NCBI RefSeq assembly: GCF_006345805.1 | Contig: NW_021834405.1 | Span: 5,663-69,662, forward strand | From: Octopus sinensis | Taxonomy: Eukaryota | Direction of reading: 5' to 3' | DNA: 64,000 nt | Shown here: in pieces, positions 62,376-64,000 of the stretch | How the letters are laid out: each line of letters starts with the position of its first letter | Position numbering within the stretch: the stretch's first letter is position 1 | Made by a program: the position numbers and the translations under genes | The notes under the pieces: model-generated | Told to the model about the DNA's origin: nothing | What the model saw: the letters and a program-made list of their open reading frames with translations, nothing else | The model's database searches: none

Positions 62376-63088
62376 CAAACACTAAGATTCGATGTCTAGG
62401 AAGTACTGTTTGAAGTTATAAGCTAATTAACAATACAGGTGAGAGATAACACAGCAAAGGAACGGTCTGCTTATTAAATATACATAGGTAGGGGTCACAA
62501 GTCACAAATATGTAATAAAGTGAACGGAAAAACTTTAATTAGTTGAAATTATTCATGCAATTAGTAGAGAAAAAAAAACATCACTCATGGAGTATTTAAA
62601 AATCTAAAAACACTATAAGCAAGGAAGATAACTCCAGTGGACCCAACCAACCGAAATTTAAAAGAAAAAAATAATAATGCGGAGAAGGAGTGGGCCTATT
62701 TGATCATGTCTGACGAAACGACTGTCTAGTCTTCATAATTCTTTAAATAAATAAATGAATAAATAAACGTTACGTTCAGATCATTCATATTTGTGTTCTT
62801 GGCGTTGCTGTTGTTTCTTGCTGTTTTTCCTTTTTGCTCTGCTTTTAATAAGGAGACGTTTTACAAATTAAATCCTTATTTCTAGTCAATGTGCAGCTAT
62901 AAAAAAAACAGAAGATATATATATATATAATATATAATGTGCATGTCTGTGGTGCGTTTGTGTAGTGTGTGTATGTATGTGTGCATGAAAGTGCTACCTT
63001 TCATGCATTTTGTTGTTGCAGTTGCCGCAGTCTGCTCGTATTTTTAATGTTGTTGTTACTACTATTGCTGCAATCACCGTTATAGTTC

Positions 63089-63120
<32 letters not shown>

Positions 63121-63135
63121 TTTTCTGTCTTTCGT

Positions 63136-63166
<31 letters not shown>

Positions 63167-63941
63167 GTTATTCTTACTTTTTTTTCCTTTCTTCTCCAAT
63201 CAGGGAATCAAACTACATTATTCCCGTATTTACCTAAGAGGCGACATTCATCCTTCTGTGTCACTCAACCATGACTTACCGCGCAGTAAGGTGAGAGAGA
63301 GAGAGAGAAAGAAAGAGATAGATAGAAAGAGAGAGAGAAAGAGATAGATAGAAAGAAAGAGAGAGGAAGGAAAGAAGGAGAAACGAGAAAGAAAGAATCA
63401 AAAAGAGAGGTAGAACCAGAGAAAGAGAGTGGGAGAGAAAGAGAGGGAGAACCAGAGAAAGAGAGGGACAGAGCCTGGGTGAGATTTCGTAATCAAAAGG
63501 TTTCTTCCTATTTTTATTTGCTTTTTCTATTTTTTTTCCCTTTTATCTAGCTGTTTTTTTGTTTTTTTGCTTTGTTTATTTATTATTTTTAATTTCGCAT
63601 CTTTATTCTCTTTAATGGATTTAAGACACATCATTGCATTATGCTCTCCCTCTCTTTTCTTTGCGATATTGGTTTGTTTTACGCCTGACCTGTCTATATC
63701 AAAGATTATACTTCGCCGTATTCTTTATATTGTTGTTTTTTTTTGAGGGGGCGTGGGATGGGGTGGGGGTGATTTTTATGTGTATATTTGTATTTTTGTT
63801 GTTTTGTTACATTTATTTTTTTGAACTTTATGTTGATGTTCTTCAATTGTTTGTTATATTATGTATTTTTGTTCCATTTTTGTCATATTATTATTGTATT
63901 GTTGTTTTCATTACAATTATTATTAGTATTATTATTATATA

Positions 63942-63984
<43 letters not shown>

Positions 63985-64000
63985 CATTATTATTATTTTA

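Overview
Repeat-saturated, AT-rich eukaryotic DNA. The SINE and microsatellite repertoire looks like an Octopus-type cephalopod genome (inference from recalled repeat families, not a search). I found no convincing host protein-coding exon, rRNA, true tRNA gene or CRISPR array, so the window reads as intronic or intergenic. It is a mosaic of three tRNA-headed SINE families (labelled A, B, C here) and decayed LINE fragments (RTE, CR1, L1/Tx1, R4/Dong). It also holds DNA transposon relics (mariner, Tc1, DD37D/maT, Helitron, several MITEs and foldbacks), short (TA)n-embedded repeats carrying minimal hammerhead-like motifs, and many simple repeats. Most long ORFs in the track are microsatellite artefacts. 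The most interesting observations are five. (1) A 1.64-kb TSD-flanked element encodes only an ORF1-like zinc-knuckle protein and ends in the same 3' stem-loop/AATAAA tail as SINE-B and the Tx1-like LINE, suggesting a HAL1-like three-member retroposition system. (2) Variant hammerhead motifs covary between two short repeat families. (3) SINE-B has inserted serially at one target site and into older copies of itself. (4) A (TAA)n-bounded non-coding element clusters with two Dong/R4 fragments. (5) SINE-A shares its 3' tail with a CR1 LINE. All family assignments come from reading motifs by eye; boundaries are approximate unless a TSD or TIR is quoted.
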